From the NCBI GenBank assembly GCA_036403495.1, contig DASWQX010000043.1, positions 1-25,690 on the forward strand: DNA of 25,690 nucleotides, in the 5' to 3' direction. Positions within the stretch are counted from its first letter, which is position 1; every line of letters begins with the position of its first letter. This stretch comes from Thermoanaerobaculia bacterium. Lineage in GTDB: Bacteria > Acidobacteriota > Thermoanaerobaculia > Multivoradales > UBA5704. The notes under the pieces were generated by a model that was given only the letters and a program-made list of their open reading frames with translations, was not told the origin of the DNA and did not search any database. Below are positions 1 through 9,113 of this stretch, piece after piece. The translations under genes and the position numbers were made by a program.

Positions 1-323
1 TCCGCTGAGGGCTCGAACGCCACGACCCGGCCGGCGCCGAGAGTGGAGACGAGGAAGCGGTCGTAGAGCCCGAGGTTGGCTCCGCAGTCGTAGACCACGT
101 CGCCCGGCCGCACGAGGTGGCGGAGCATGGCGAACGGAAAGCTCTCGCTCTCCAGGGGCTTGCGCAGCCAGAGCGAACGGTTGCGCCTCAGGCGGATGCG
201 GAAAGCCCCGATCCCTTCGACGTTCAGGACCCAGGGTACGTCGGGGATCATCCGCAGCGCCCAACGCCCGAGGAGGGGACGGGTCCGCAGCGCATAGGCG
301 ATCGACCGAATGAGGGAGATCAA
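1..323 (-). CDS. FkbM-family SAM methyltransferase (partial, runs off left edge)
   Basis: Not in the ORF track. Manual translation from TTG at 323 (TTGA overlap with the GT2 stop) gives MISLIRSIAYALRTRPLLGRWALR...LVRPGDVVYDCGANLGLYDRFL...GRVVAFEPS, carrying the FkbM DxGAN.G and AFEP motifs. Confidence 0.85.
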   Translation of the reverse strand, partial: MISLIRSIAYALRTRPLLGRWALRMIPDVPWVLNVEGIGAFRIRLRRNRSLWLRKPLESESFPFAMLRHLVRPGDVVYDCGANLGLYDRFLVSTLGAGRVVAFEPSA

Positions 324-1192
324 GCGTCGTCTCCTGGGCTCTGGTGCATCAGCTCCTCCAGTCGGATGTCGACGATCAGACGGAACCAGAAGGCTTGAAG
401 GAAGTGAAAAACGAACCCCGTCTTGCCGTCGAGGATGCCGAGCAGAAAGAAATAGCGGTAGAGGAAGTAAAGCATCGGGCGGACGAACAGCGGCATCCGG
501 TAATAGCGGTCCTTGAGCCAGAGCACCCTCTCGTCCGGGGTGCCGAATAGGCGCGGCGTCGCCTTCCACAACAAGCCGCGACGCCGGCGCTCCAGCTCCT
601 CGCAAGCGAAGGCCTCAGCATAGCGGAGGTGCTTCTGGAGATAGAACTGGATCGCGTCCTCCTTGACGTTCCATTCCTCCAGCGGCGCCCGCAGCCGGCC
701 GAGAGGGCCGCGCACGTAGACGCGGGTGTCCTGCTCGACCGGGTCGAGCTCGGAGCGGCTGCGCCGGAAGAGCTTCAGCAGGACCTTGCTCCCGTAACCG
801 CCGAAGCGCAGCGGCTTGCCGCGGAAGATCTGCCGTCGGCGGATGTAGAAGCCGTCCTCGCGGACCTCGTCCGGCCGAGCCAGGAGCGCCGCGATCTCCT
901 CCCGGAGCGCCGGCGTCACCGCCTGGTCGGCTTCGAGGATCAGCACCCACTCGTTGCGCAGGGGGAGGTTGTCGAGGCCCCACTGAAAGATCCAGGGGAT
1001 GATCCGGCTGTGGTCGTAGGCCAGGGTATGGACCTCGGCATAGGGACGGGCGATCTCGACCGTGCGGTCGGTGCTCTCGGAATCGAGCACGAAGATCTGA
1101 TCCGCGAAGCCGTGGACGCTCCGCAGGCAGCGCTCGATGTTCGCCTCCTCGTTGCGGGTGGTGACGAGCACGCTCAGCGCGACCGGCTTCAT
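320..1192 (-). CDS. Glycosyltransferase family 2 (WaaE/KdtX-like beta-glycosyltransferase)
   Basis: LSVLVTTRNEEANIERCLRSV, VLDSESTDRT and WVLILEADQ motifs; C-terminal YFFLLGILDGKTGF; ATGA overlap with the upstream gene. Confidence 0.9.
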   Translation of the reverse strand: MKPVALSVLVTTRNEEANIERCLRSVHGFADQIFVLDSESTDRTVEIARPYAEVHTLAYDHSRIIPWIFQWGLDNLPLRNEWVLILEADQAVTPALREEIAALLARPDEVREDGFYIRRRQIFRGKPLRFGGYGSKVLLKLFRRSRSELDPVEQDTRVYVRGPLGRLRAPLEEWNVKEDAIQFYLQKHLRYAEAFACEELERRRRGLLWKATPRLFGTPDERVLWLKDRYYRMPLFVRPMLYFLYRYFFLLGILDGKTGFVFHFLQAFWFRLIVDIRLEELMHQSPGDDA

Positions 1193-2151
1193 GCCCGATC
1201 TCCCACGGGATTCCGCGCCATCAGGGTGATGAACTGCTCGCGCGCGGTGATCCGCTGCACGACGTCCTCGAAACCCGCGGCGCGCAGGAGCCGCGCGGAC
1301 GATTCGAGGGAGTGGTGCGCCAGGTGAATGGGCATCTGGAGATGGTCCAGGAACGGCGAGGACGCCAGATCCTCCACCCCCAGCCAGGGGTAGATCGCGG
1401 GGAAGGTCATGACCAGGAGTCCCCGCGGCCGCAGCAGCCGGCGAAGGGACCGCAGGACCTCCAGCGGATCGGCGAGGTGCTCGAAGACATGCTCCAGGCG
1501 TACGCAGTCGAGCGACCCGGCGAGAGCGGAGAGGTCGCCGGGCGACACGACCTCCACGCCGGCGGCCGAGAGCTCGTCGCGCCGGTGGGCATTGGCGGCG
1601 ATGTCATAGCCGAAGAGGTTGGAGTAGCCGAGGAGCCGCATCGACAGGAGCCAGGCGCCGGTGCCGTATCCGTAGTCGAGGATCCGCGCGCTCTTCGGCA
1701 GCGCCAGAGGCACGCCGAGCGTGAAGGTGATCGACTTGCGAGCCAGCCGCTCGGCGAGGATGACCGCGAGCGAGGCCAGGCGATGCAGGGCACCCGGTGC
1801 GGTCAGGTGCAGATACCGAAGCCTCGCGGCCCTGTATTTCCAGGAGGCCGCCTCCAGACCCGGCTGCTCGCCGGCGGCCTGATAGTACGTGTAGTCGCCG
1901 GTATAGAAGCAGGAGAGGACGTCGTCGGCCGGGACTGGATGCACGAATCCCAGATGGCACCGCTCGCACAACCTGAGCTCGAAGGGGAGCCGCTCGGACC
2001 GGTCCCCTCGCTTGAAGCGGGCCTCGCGTTCGAGGAGCACACGGCTGTTCGCGAGCGAGCAGTCAAGATCGGTGCAGAAGGGGGAGGCGGGCATGCTGTC
2101 TCTCGATTCGCGCGAACGCGGAGGTCGCGGGCGGCGGGCAGTGTAGCTCAT
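1189..2151 (-). CDS. Class I SAM-dependent methyltransferase with N-terminal Cys cluster
   Basis: ILDYGYGTG motif I, LEHVFEHLADP, LRPRGLL; Cys pairs FCTDLDC and LCERCHLGF. Start placed at ATG 2151 (ATGA overlap with the stop at 2148); 2163 or a later Met is possible. Confidence 0.85.
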   Translation of the reverse strand: MSYTARRPRPPRSRESRDSMPASPFCTDLDCSLANSRVLLEREARFKRGDRSERLPFELRLCERCHLGFVHPVPADDVLSCFYTGDYTYYQAAGEQPGLEAASWKYRAARLRYLHLTAPGALHRLASLAVILAERLARKSITFTLGVPLALPKSARILDYGYGTGAWLLSMRLLGYSNLFGYDIAANAHRRDELSAAGVEVVSPGDLSALAGSLDCVRLEHVFEHLADPLEVLRSLRRLLRPRGLLVMTFPAIYPWLGVEDLASSPFLDHLQMPIHLAHHSLESSARLLRAAGFEDVVQRITAREQFITLMARNPVGDRA

Positions 2152-3281
2152 GGGCTCGCCCACCGTCCCACCGCGTCCAGGAGGTTGCGCCAGACGGCGG
2201 CGTAGTCCCAGCGGGCGAGGATCGGGCCGCTGCGCTCGCGGACCTGGCCGGGCGGGAGCGCGAGCGCCTCCGCGATCAGCAGAGCGAGCCGGTCGGAGTC
2301 GCCGGCCGGATACACGAAGCCGTTGCCGCCGGCCTCGATGAGGTCGTAGGCCGCGCCCACCCGAGACGAGGCGACCACCGGGAGCCCGCAGGCGAGGGCC
2401 TCCTGGACGGAAACCCCCCAGCGCTCCTCGCGGGCCGGGTGGACGAAAAGGTCCGCCGCCGCGTAGAGGGCCGGCAGCTCGGGGTAAGGGACGTAGCCGG
2501 GGAAGCGCACCCGCGACAGCCCTTCCGCGCGGGCGAGCTCCTCCAGGGCCGGGCGGGCGGGGCCGTCTCCGGCGAGCGCCAGCCAGGCATCGTTCCGGGG
2601 CATCCGGGCGAACGCCCGCAGGAGGTCCCAGGGAGCTTCCCGGGAGTTGAACTTCGCGAGGGCGAGGACCAGCGGGACATCCGCCGGGATGCCGAGCCGC
2701 GACCGGATCGCCGCGCGCTCCGCCGGCGAGACCTGGGATCGCCGGGCGAAGCTCTCCACGTCCACCGCGTAGGGGAAGAGTCCCGTCCGCTCGGGGGGGA
2801 CGCCGAAGGCGCGGAGGTAGTCGAGGGTGAGGCTGCCGGTACCGAGGAAGAGCCTGTAGGACGGCTTCAGATAGGCGGCGAAGAGGAGCCGCTTGGCGAG
2901 ACGGCGGGGGTGGGAGGTGCCCCAGAGCACGGAATCCAGGCGGAGGGCGGTGGGCACCCCCGCCTGTCGCGCGATCCGCGCACCCAGCCGGTAGACCGGT
3001 TGCGTGTAGCCGTTGGCGATCAGCAGGTCGCAGTTTCCGGGCCGCAGCCGCTCGGCCAGCCAGCGGGGCATGTCCGCAGGGGGACAGGCCTCGTTGGGAT
3101 AGCCTCCCAGCAGGTCGATCCCCCAGGAGACCGGTCTGCCGAGCTCCGGATCGAAGGCCGGCTCTCCGACGCCGCGGCCGGTGAAGAGCACGCGGAACTC
3201 GTGCTCCGGGTCGCGCGCGGCGAAGCGGTAGAAGGGCGCCTCGAACTGCGTCGGGCGCTCGACGAGAAAGACGATCCTCAA
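2148..3281 (-). CDS. Glycosyltransferase family 4
   Basis: MRIVFLVERPTQFEAPFY from TTG 3281 (TTGA overlap); FPYAVD, LALAGDGP, DLFVHPAREERWGVSVQEALACGLPVV (EX7E). The 1021-aa ORF-track version is over-extended. Confidence 0.9.
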   Translation of the reverse strand: MRIVFLVERPTQFEAPFYRFAARDPEHEFRVLFTGRGVGEPAFDPELGRPVSWGIDLLGGYPNEACPPADMPRWLAERLRPGNCDLLIANGYTQPVYRLGARIARQAGVPTALRLDSVLWGTSHPRRLAKRLLFAAYLKPSYRLFLGTGSLTLDYLRAFGVPPERTGLFPYAVDVESFARRSQVSPAERAAIRSRLGIPADVPLVLALAKFNSREAPWDLLRAFARMPRNDAWLALAGDGPARPALEELARAEGLSRVRFPGYVPYPELPALYAAADLFVHPAREERWGVSVQEALACGLPVVASSRVGAAYDLIEAGGNGFVYPAGDSDRLALLIAEALALPPGQVRERSGPILARWDYAAVWRNLLDAVGRWASP

Positions 3282-4429
3282 CCGGCCACCCTCTCGTACG
3301 CCTTTTCCATCTCCCGTGCCACCGGCTCCCAGCCGAAGCGCTCGCGCACCGCCGCCGCTCCGCGCCTGCCCATGGCGTCGAGCCCCGCGGGATCGCCGAC
3401 CAGTTTCTTCAGGGAGGTGCCGAGATCGCCGTCCACCACAATCCCCGCGCCGGTCTCGCGGACCGTCGCGGCGAGGCCCACCTCGGGGGTGACCACGACC
3501 GGCCTTCCCGCCGCCCAAGCTTCGAGGACCACGTTGCCGAAGTTTTCCGAGCGCGAGGGGAGGACGAGCGCCGCCGCGCGGTGCAGGAGCGCCGCCTTGT
3601 CCGTGCCGTGGACGGGGCCCAGGAAGCGGACGCGGTCCGCCACGCCGGAGGTGTGCGCCAGTCGCTCCAGGCCGGGCTGGATCCCCTCCTCGTCGTTGCC
3701 GGCGGCGGCCAGCGGTGTGCCGGGGAGGGCGGCCAGCGCGGGGATCAGCCGGTCGAGCCCCTTCTTCCAGGAGAGCCGCCCGAGGAAGAGGAGGAAGGGA
3801 GGACCCTCGACGACGGTCTGGACGGCGGGTGAGAGCGCCGCGAGGTCGCCGTCCCAGGGCTCGGGAACGATCCCGTTCGGCACCACGAACGCCGGCGGCA
3901 GGGGAAACCCCAGCCGGTCCAGGTCGGCGGCTTCGAGGGCGCTGGTGGCGTGCAGGGCTGCCGCCCGCTTCAGGGTGCGCCGCTCGGCGAGCGCCAGCCA
4001 TGCGAGCTTGCGCCAGCGTCCCCGCGAGCGGATCAGCTCCGGCACCAGCATCCCCCGCGGCGAGAGGAGGTAGGGCACGCCGGCGCGCTCGGCGGCGCGG
4101 GCGGCGGCGTTGGTGGGCCAGAGGAAGACCGAGTGGAGGTGGACGGCATCGAAGCGCGCTACCTCCTCCCGCGCCGCCGCGGCGAGCCCGGGCGCCCAGT
4201 AGAGCCGGCGGGGAGGGCGCACCGGGAAGTAGCGGACCTCGACGCCGTCGATCCCCACCGGCCGGCCGAGTGGGACGTCGAGCCGCCCCCGTCCGTGGAC
4301 GTCGGTGGTGAACACGGTCACCTCGTGCCCGCGGGCCGCCAGCGCCTTGCACAGGCCGTGAACGGCGAGGATCGGACCGCCGTGGCGCCAGGCCGGGAGG
4401 TAGGTGGGGACCACGTGGAGGAGTTTCAC
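3278..4429 (-). CDS. Glycosyltransferase family 4
   Basis: VKLLHVVPTYLPAWRHGGP from GTG 4429 (GTGA overlap); VVPNG, FLGRLSWKKG, LPSRSENFGNVVLEAWAAGRPV. Confidence 0.9.
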   Translation of the reverse strand: MKLLHVVPTYLPAWRHGGPILAVHGLCKALAARGHEVTVFTTDVHGRGRLDVPLGRPVGIDGVEVRYFPVRPPRRLYWAPGLAAAAREEVARFDAVHLHSVFLWPTNAAARAAERAGVPYLLSPRGMLVPELIRSRGRWRKLAWLALAERRTLKRAAALHATSALEAADLDRLGFPLPPAFVVPNGIVPEPWDGDLAALSPAVQTVVEGPPFLLFLGRLSWKKGLDRLIPALAALPGTPLAAAGNDEEGIQPGLERLAHTSGVADRVRFLGPVHGTDKAALLHRAAALVLPSRSENFGNVVLEAWAAGRPVVVTPEVGLAATVRETGAGIVVDGDLGTSLKKLVGDPAGLDAMGRRGAAAVRERFGWEPVAREMEKAYERVAG

Positions 4430-5607
4430 AGGAGTCCCCGCAGCAGCTCGCCGAGCCGCCGCTGGTAGGCCGGCCAGGTGGCGCTCTCCGCCGCCCGCCG
4501 GCACTCCGCGCCCATGGCGCGGAGTGCGTCGAGGTGCCCGGCGCACCAGGCCATCCTCGCCGCCAGGGCCGCGGTGTCCCCCACCGGCACGATCCAGCCG
4601 CTCCGCCCTTCGGCGACCAGCTCCTTTGCCCCCACCATCTCCGAGACGAGGACAGGGAGGCCGGAGGCCAGCGCCTCGGCGACCACCATCCCATACGAGT
4701 CGTTGCGCGACGGGAGCACCAGCACGTCGGCCCGTCGGAGCTCCGCCGCCAGGGCGGGCTGGGAGAGCGCTCCCAGGGCCTCGATCCCGCCGTCGCTCCG
4801 GCCCTCCAGCAGGTGGGAGGAGTCGCCGCGGGAGCCGGCCAGGCGCAGGCGCGATCGGGGGGCGCCGGTCCGTACGCGGTCGAAGGCCGCCAGCAGCAGG
4901 TCGAAACCCTTGCGGTGGATCGCCGCGCCGGAGAAGAGGAAGATGCAATCCTTTCCCGTCTTCTCCAGGGGGTCCGGCGAGAACAGCTCGAGGTCGGCCC
5001 CCAGCGGCACGGCATGGACCTTCTCCGGCGGCACGCCGGCTTCGAGGTAAGTCTGGCGGGCGAGCTCGGAGACGGTGAGGATGTGGTCGGCGAGGGCGAT
5101 CTCCGCGTCCTTGAGCGCGACGATCCGGCGGTGGAGGCGGGGGGGATCGGTGGTGCCGTGCAGGCGGTCCTGGGCGGCGTGGTGGATCGACGGCGCATCG
5201 AGCAGCGTGGCAATTGCCCGCCGGCGTGCTTCCCGGAACGTCGCGAGGCCCGAGATCTCGCAGGCGATCACGGCGTCCGCTCCGCTCCGGCTCAGGGACC
5301 GGGCCACCCAGCGGTCGAACAGGCGACAGGCGGCGAGGTCGGTCCAGGCGGCGGGGCCGGGGGGCAACAGGGCGTCGGCCGTCCGCCGCAGGCCCGGAGT
5401 CCAGGGAAACCACCGCGTCCGCCGGGGATCGAGCGCCACCGGAGCGTAGCGGGCGAAACGGGAGCGCAGGAGAGCCGGCACCGCCTGTGTCTGTGCCGCG
5501 ACGGCGGGCACCCCGGACCAGTAGCCGGCGAGAGCCCCGGCGGCCTGGAGCGCCAGCGCCGCCTGATGGGAGTGCTGCCGGCCAGGATGGGTGACCAGGA
5601 CGTTCAT
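4426..5607 (-). CDS. Glycosyltransferase family 4
   Basis: MNVLVTHPGRQHS; VPLGAD, FSGAAIHRKG, LPSRNDSYGMVVAEALASGLPV. Confidence 0.9.
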   Translation of the reverse strand: MNVLVTHPGRQHSHQAALALQAAGALAGYWSGVPAVAAQTQAVPALLRSRFARYAPVALDPRRTRWFPWTPGLRRTADALLPPGPAAWTDLAACRLFDRWVARSLSRSGADAVIACEISGLATFREARRRAIATLLDAPSIHHAAQDRLHGTTDPPRLHRRIVALKDAEIALADHILTVSELARQTYLEAGVPPEKVHAVPLGADLELFSPDPLEKTGKDCIFLFSGAAIHRKGFDLLLAAFDRVRTGAPRSRLRLAGSRGDSSHLLEGRSDGGIEALGALSQPALAAELRRADVLVLPSRNDSYGMVVAEALASGLPVLVSEMVGAKELVAEGRSGWIVPVGDTAALAARMAWCAGHLDALRAMGAECRRAAESATWPAYQRRLGELLRGLL

Positions 5608-5626
5608 CGTTGCAGGTCGACCGGCT

Positions 5627-7048
5627 TCAGCCGGGGACCTCCTGGAGGGCCGGTTCGGGGAGAGCCCTTGGGACGGCCGGGCGGGGCGCGGACGCGCGGG
5701 CGCTCCGGCGCGCCGCCTCGTGGTCGAGACGGACGACCAGCATCAGGATGCCGGCGAAGAACCAGTAATAGAGGTCGGAGGTGACGTCGAAGACCACACC
5801 GCCGGGGATCGCCGCCAGGAATAAGAGGAAGCTACCGGTGGCCAGCGAGCGGTGGAAGCGGGTGCGCAGCCTGAGCGCCTGGACCAGGGCAAAGACGGCG
5901 AGGTAGAAGCGCACGAAGTAGACGCAGAGGAAGCCCAGCGGCCCGAGCTCCAGGATGATCCGGCCGCTCTCGACCTCCACGATCAGCCCGTGCAGCCAGC
6001 TATAGGGCACCACGCCCGGCGCCAAAGCCGCCGCCGTCTGGTGGGTGGCGCCGATGCCGAAGCCGAGGAGGCCCACCTGCGGCAGGAGCTCCCACGGGGT
6101 CAGCAGAGGCGCGTTGACGCGGCCGGAGACGTCCTCGACCCCCGCGGCCCGGCCGAGGAACGCGTCGACCGCCTTCTCGCCCGAGGATGCCAGGACTCCG
6201 CCCACCAGCGCCAGGACGACCACCAGGCGGGCGAAAGCCGCGAAGCCCCCGCGCTCGCGGATCACCGCCAGCCACCAGTAGAACGGGAAGAGGAGGATCA
6301 GCAGCAGCACCGGGCCGCGCGAGCCGGACATCATCATTCCCAGCAGCGTCATCCCCAGGGCTCCGAACAGCAGCAGGTGGCCGCGGAAGCGCCAGCGCCC
6401 GGCTGCCAGCAGGGTCAGGATCAGGAGGGCGGCCGTCAGCAGGTAGGCGGTGTAGCCGGTGATGAACGAGAAGGTGGCGGTCACCCGCACGTAGGTCGAG
6501 CTGCCGAAGGTGGCCACATAGGCGTCCTCGCTGCTCCGGGCGTAGGTGTTCAGGAAGCTCGAGGCAGGGCTGAAGAACTGCGCGATGCCGAGCAGGCCGA
6601 CCGGGATGGAGATCAGGGTATAGCGCCAGAGGAAGCGGTGGAGCTCGGCGTCGTCGCGCAGGGCCGCCGGCAGCACGAAGATCAGCGGCACGTAGAAGAA
6701 GTAGGCCTTGAAGCCGAAGATCCCCACCAGCACGTTCGGCAGCCCGGGATTGAAGATCTCGACGACGCCGAGCAGGGCGCCGAACGCCAGGACGCCGAAG
6801 AGGACCGGCTGGCGGGGGAGCCGCGACCGCAGCCGGGGGAGGTCGCGGAAGAACCCGACGTAGACGCCGAGGAGCAGCACGTCCTTGGCGAAATAGACCA
6901 GATCCTGGGCACCGGGGAAGATCCACTTGCGGATCGCCCCTTCGAAGATCAGCAGCACCATGACGAGTTGGAGGGCGACCCGCCAGCGCTGGACCGCCCA
7001 GATCGCCGCCGCACCGCCGGCGAGCACCACCAGGACCCGCATGTTCAT
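5627..7048 (-). CDS. Polytopic membrane protein, Wzy/O-antigen ligase-like polymerase
   Basis: About 10 hydrophobic segments, EGAIRKW motif, RVTATFSF and SGSRG motifs, periplasmic loop LLGFGIG; lies inside the GT operon. Confidence 0.7.
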   Translation of the reverse strand: MNMRVLVVLAGGAAAIWAVQRWRVALQLVMVLLIFEGAIRKWIFPGAQDLVYFAKDVLLLGVYVGFFRDLPRLRSRLPRQPVLFGVLAFGALLGVVEIFNPGLPNVLVGIFGFKAYFFYVPLIFVLPAALRDDAELHRFLWRYTLISIPVGLLGIAQFFSPASSFLNTYARSSEDAYVATFGSSTYVRVTATFSFITGYTAYLLTAALLILTLLAAGRWRFRGHLLLFGALGMTLLGMMMSGSRGPVLLLILLFPFYWWLAVIRERGGFAAFARLVVVLALVGGVLASSGEKAVDAFLGRAAGVEDVSGRVNAPLLTPWELLPQVGLLGFGIGATHQTAAALAPGVVPYSWLHGLIVEVESGRIILELGPLGFLCVYFVRFYLAVFALVQALRLRTRFHRSLATGSFLLFLAAIPGGVVFDVTSDLYYWFFAGILMLVVRLDHEAARRSARASAPRPAVPRALPEPALQEVPG

Positions 7049-8076
7049 GCCCGCCGCCTCCGCCGCCGTGCCGCCTTCTCGATCTCCGCCAGGTAGACCG
7101 CCGTCACCCGCGCGCTGGAATGGGGCGCCAGGTGTTCCGCGGCGTGCCGGAGCGACTCCGTGTCGAGCTCCGGCCGGCGCAGCCGGCGGCCGAGCACCCG
7201 CGCGAGGTCGGCCGCGTCGCCGTTGCGGAAGGTCTCGCCGCAGGGGCCGATCGCGTCCTTGAGCCCTCCGCCTTCCGATCCCACCACCACGCAGCCGCAG
7301 GCGATCCCTTCCAGCGCCACGATGCCGAAGGGCTCGTTGTAGCGGGAGGGGACGACCAGGATCCGCTGCCGGTTCAGGATCCGCACCAGCTCCTCTCCCC
7401 GCCGCGCGCCGAGGAAGTCGACCTGGCCGCCGAGGCCGAGGCGCGCCGCCTGCTCCTGCAGATGGGAGGCCTCGGGACCGTCGCCGATCACGGTGAGAGC
7501 TGGGCGGAGCCCCTCCGCCGCGAGGAGAGCCAGCGCGTCGAGGAGGACGTCGACCCCCTTGTCGGACACCAGCCGGCCCAGATAGGCGAGGCCGCCGGTG
7601 CGCTCGACGTCCGGCAGGCGGCGGAAGAGCTCGTCGCGGTAGGCGTTGGGGATCACCACCGCCGGGGTCGACAGGTCGTCCGCGACGGCCTGGCTGACCG
7701 CGATCGACGACGCGGCGAAGCGCAGGAGCCAGCGCTTGAGCCGGTCCTGCCAGGCGATCCGCCCCTCGGTGCGGCAGTACCAGCTATGGTGGGAGACCAC
7801 CCAGGGGCGGCGGACGAAGAGCAGGGGCCAGAGCCCGCGCAGGCTGACGTTGGCCTGGTAGAAGACATCGCACCAGCGGGCCCAGCGCAGCATCTCCACC
7901 GGCGTCGGGCGGCGGACGACGCGGACGGCGGAGCCCTCCTTCCCACGCCCGGCCGTCGTCGTCAGCACGGTCACCTCGTGCCCGGCGCGGTGGATCTGCT
8001 CGGCAAGCTGGGAGGTGTTGAGCTCCAAGCCTCCGACCTTGGGCAGGAACGCGGGAGAGTAGATGAGGATCCTCAT
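7045..8076 (-). CDS. Glycosyltransferase family 4
   Basis: MRILIYSPAFLPKVGGLE from ATG 8076 (ATGA overlap); VIPNAY, YLGRLVSDKG, VPSRYNEPFGIVALEGIACG. Confidence 0.9.
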   Translation of the reverse strand: MRILIYSPAFLPKVGGLELNTSQLAEQIHRAGHEVTVLTTTAGRGKEGSAVRVVRRPTPVEMLRWARWCDVFYQANVSLRGLWPLLFVRRPWVVSHHSWYCRTEGRIAWQDRLKRWLLRFAASSIAVSQAVADDLSTPAVVIPNAYRDELFRRLPDVERTGGLAYLGRLVSDKGVDVLLDALALLAAEGLRPALTVIGDGPEASHLQEQAARLGLGGQVDFLGARRGEELVRILNRQRILVVPSRYNEPFGIVALEGIACGCVVVGSEGGGLKDAIGPCGETFRNGDAADLARVLGRRLRRPELDTESLRHAAEHLAPHSSARVTAVYLAEIEKAARRRRRRA

Positions 8077-9113
8077 CGCTCTCTCCCTTGCCCTGGAGGA
8101 CCGGTGAGGAGGGCGCGGAACCGCGCCGCCTGAACGCGCAGCGAGTGGCCGGCGTACCAGCGGTGGCAGTCCCCGGCCACCTGTGCGGGATCGCCGCTCC
8201 CCGTCCAGTAGGGCGCGGCGTTTGCCGGGTCCGTGGGCGAGCCGTTCCAGGCACAGACGGGCAGGGTCCCGTGGGCGCAGTAGGCGGCGAAGATGGTCGA
8301 CTTGGGCAGGAAATCCGGAGGGTAGGCGAGGAACCCGGCCGCGACGTCGAGCAGGATCGCGCCGACCTCGCCGGCCGGGAGCACGCCGAGCGGGCGCACG
8401 GGGATACCCCCCGCCATGGCCGGCAGGGGGATCGGCGGTCCGATGTCCACGATCTCCTTCGCGTCGAGGTCGCGCGCCGCCCGCTCCAGCGCCGCCAGCC
8501 AGGGCCCGTAGGCGCGGCTGCGGACGCCCGCGCCGCCGAACACCACGATCCGCCGCTCCCGTTCTCCCCAGGCGGGGAGGGCCGCCGGCTCGCCCACCGT
8601 CGAGAACACCGGCAGCACCATGATCTCCCGGTCCGCCGTCCAGGGATGGAGCAGGCCGGCGTAGAGGTCGAGGGTGGTGACGATCGCGTCGCTCCGGCGC
8701 GCCAGCGCGGCGGCGAGGCGCCGCTGGGCGGGGCGCAGCCAGAAGGAGCTCCGCCAGGGGGGGCCCGTGGCACAGACCTCGTGGAAGACCGTCACCAGCC
8801 GGCCGCTCCAGCGCTCCATCCCCTCGACCAGCCAAGCGGGGCACCCCCGCGGCTGATACCCGTAGTTCGCGTAGTGGAGGAGCACCGCGCCGGTCGCCGC
8901 GCCGGTCTCGCCCGCCGCGTCGAGCGCGGCCAGCAGGGCGGCCGCGGTGCGCGCCGGAACCGCCCGGGCACCGTTCTCCCGGCTGCCGGTCCAGGCGGGG
9001 TCGCCGACCAGGAACCCGCCTTCGCCGCCGAGCTCCCTGGCGAGCGCCGCCGCGTAGGTGCCCACCCCTTCGAACGGGGGGGGCAGGTGGGGGACGACCT
9101 GCAGCACCCTCAA
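8073..9113 (-). CDS. Divergent GT-B (GT4-like) glycosyltransferase
   Basis: MRVLQVVPHLPPPFEGVGTYA from TTG 9113 (TTGA overlap); LLHYANYGY, LVTVFHE, LPVFSTVGEP, VVFG, KSTIFAAYCAHG. No canonical EX7E. Confidence 0.7.
   Translation of the reverse strand: MRVLQVVPHLPPPFEGVGTYAAALARELGGEGGFLVGDPAWTGSRENGARAVPARTAAALLAALDAAGETGAATGAVLLHYANYGYQPRGCPAWLVEGMERWSGRLVTVFHEVCATGPPWRSSFWLRPAQRRLAAALARRSDAIVTTLDLYAGLLHPWTADREIMVLPVFSTVGEPAALPAWGERERRIVVFGGAGVRSRAYGPWLAALERAARDLDAKEIVDIGPPIPLPAMAGGIPVRPLGVLPAGEVGAILLDVAAGFLAYPPDFLPKSTIFAAYCAHGTLPVCAWNGSPTDPANAAPYWTGSGDPAQVAGDCHRWYAGHSLRVQAARFRALLTGPPGQGRER

Noticed and set aside
3282-5213. 1021-aa, 711-aa, 599-aa and 968-aa 'fusion' ORFs in the track (also 16865-18904, 18836-20383, 19978-21576, 23777-25477)
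   Set aside because: The N-terminal extensions are Arg/Pro/Gly-rich out-of-frame readings of the upstream gene. True starts are marked by stop/start overlaps and family N-terminal motifs.
5611-5621. GTCGACCTGCA (minus strand), resembling the pUC SalI-PstI polylinker
   Set aside because: Only 11 bp, the PstI site is incomplete and there is no other vector sequence; expected by chance in GC-rich DNA.
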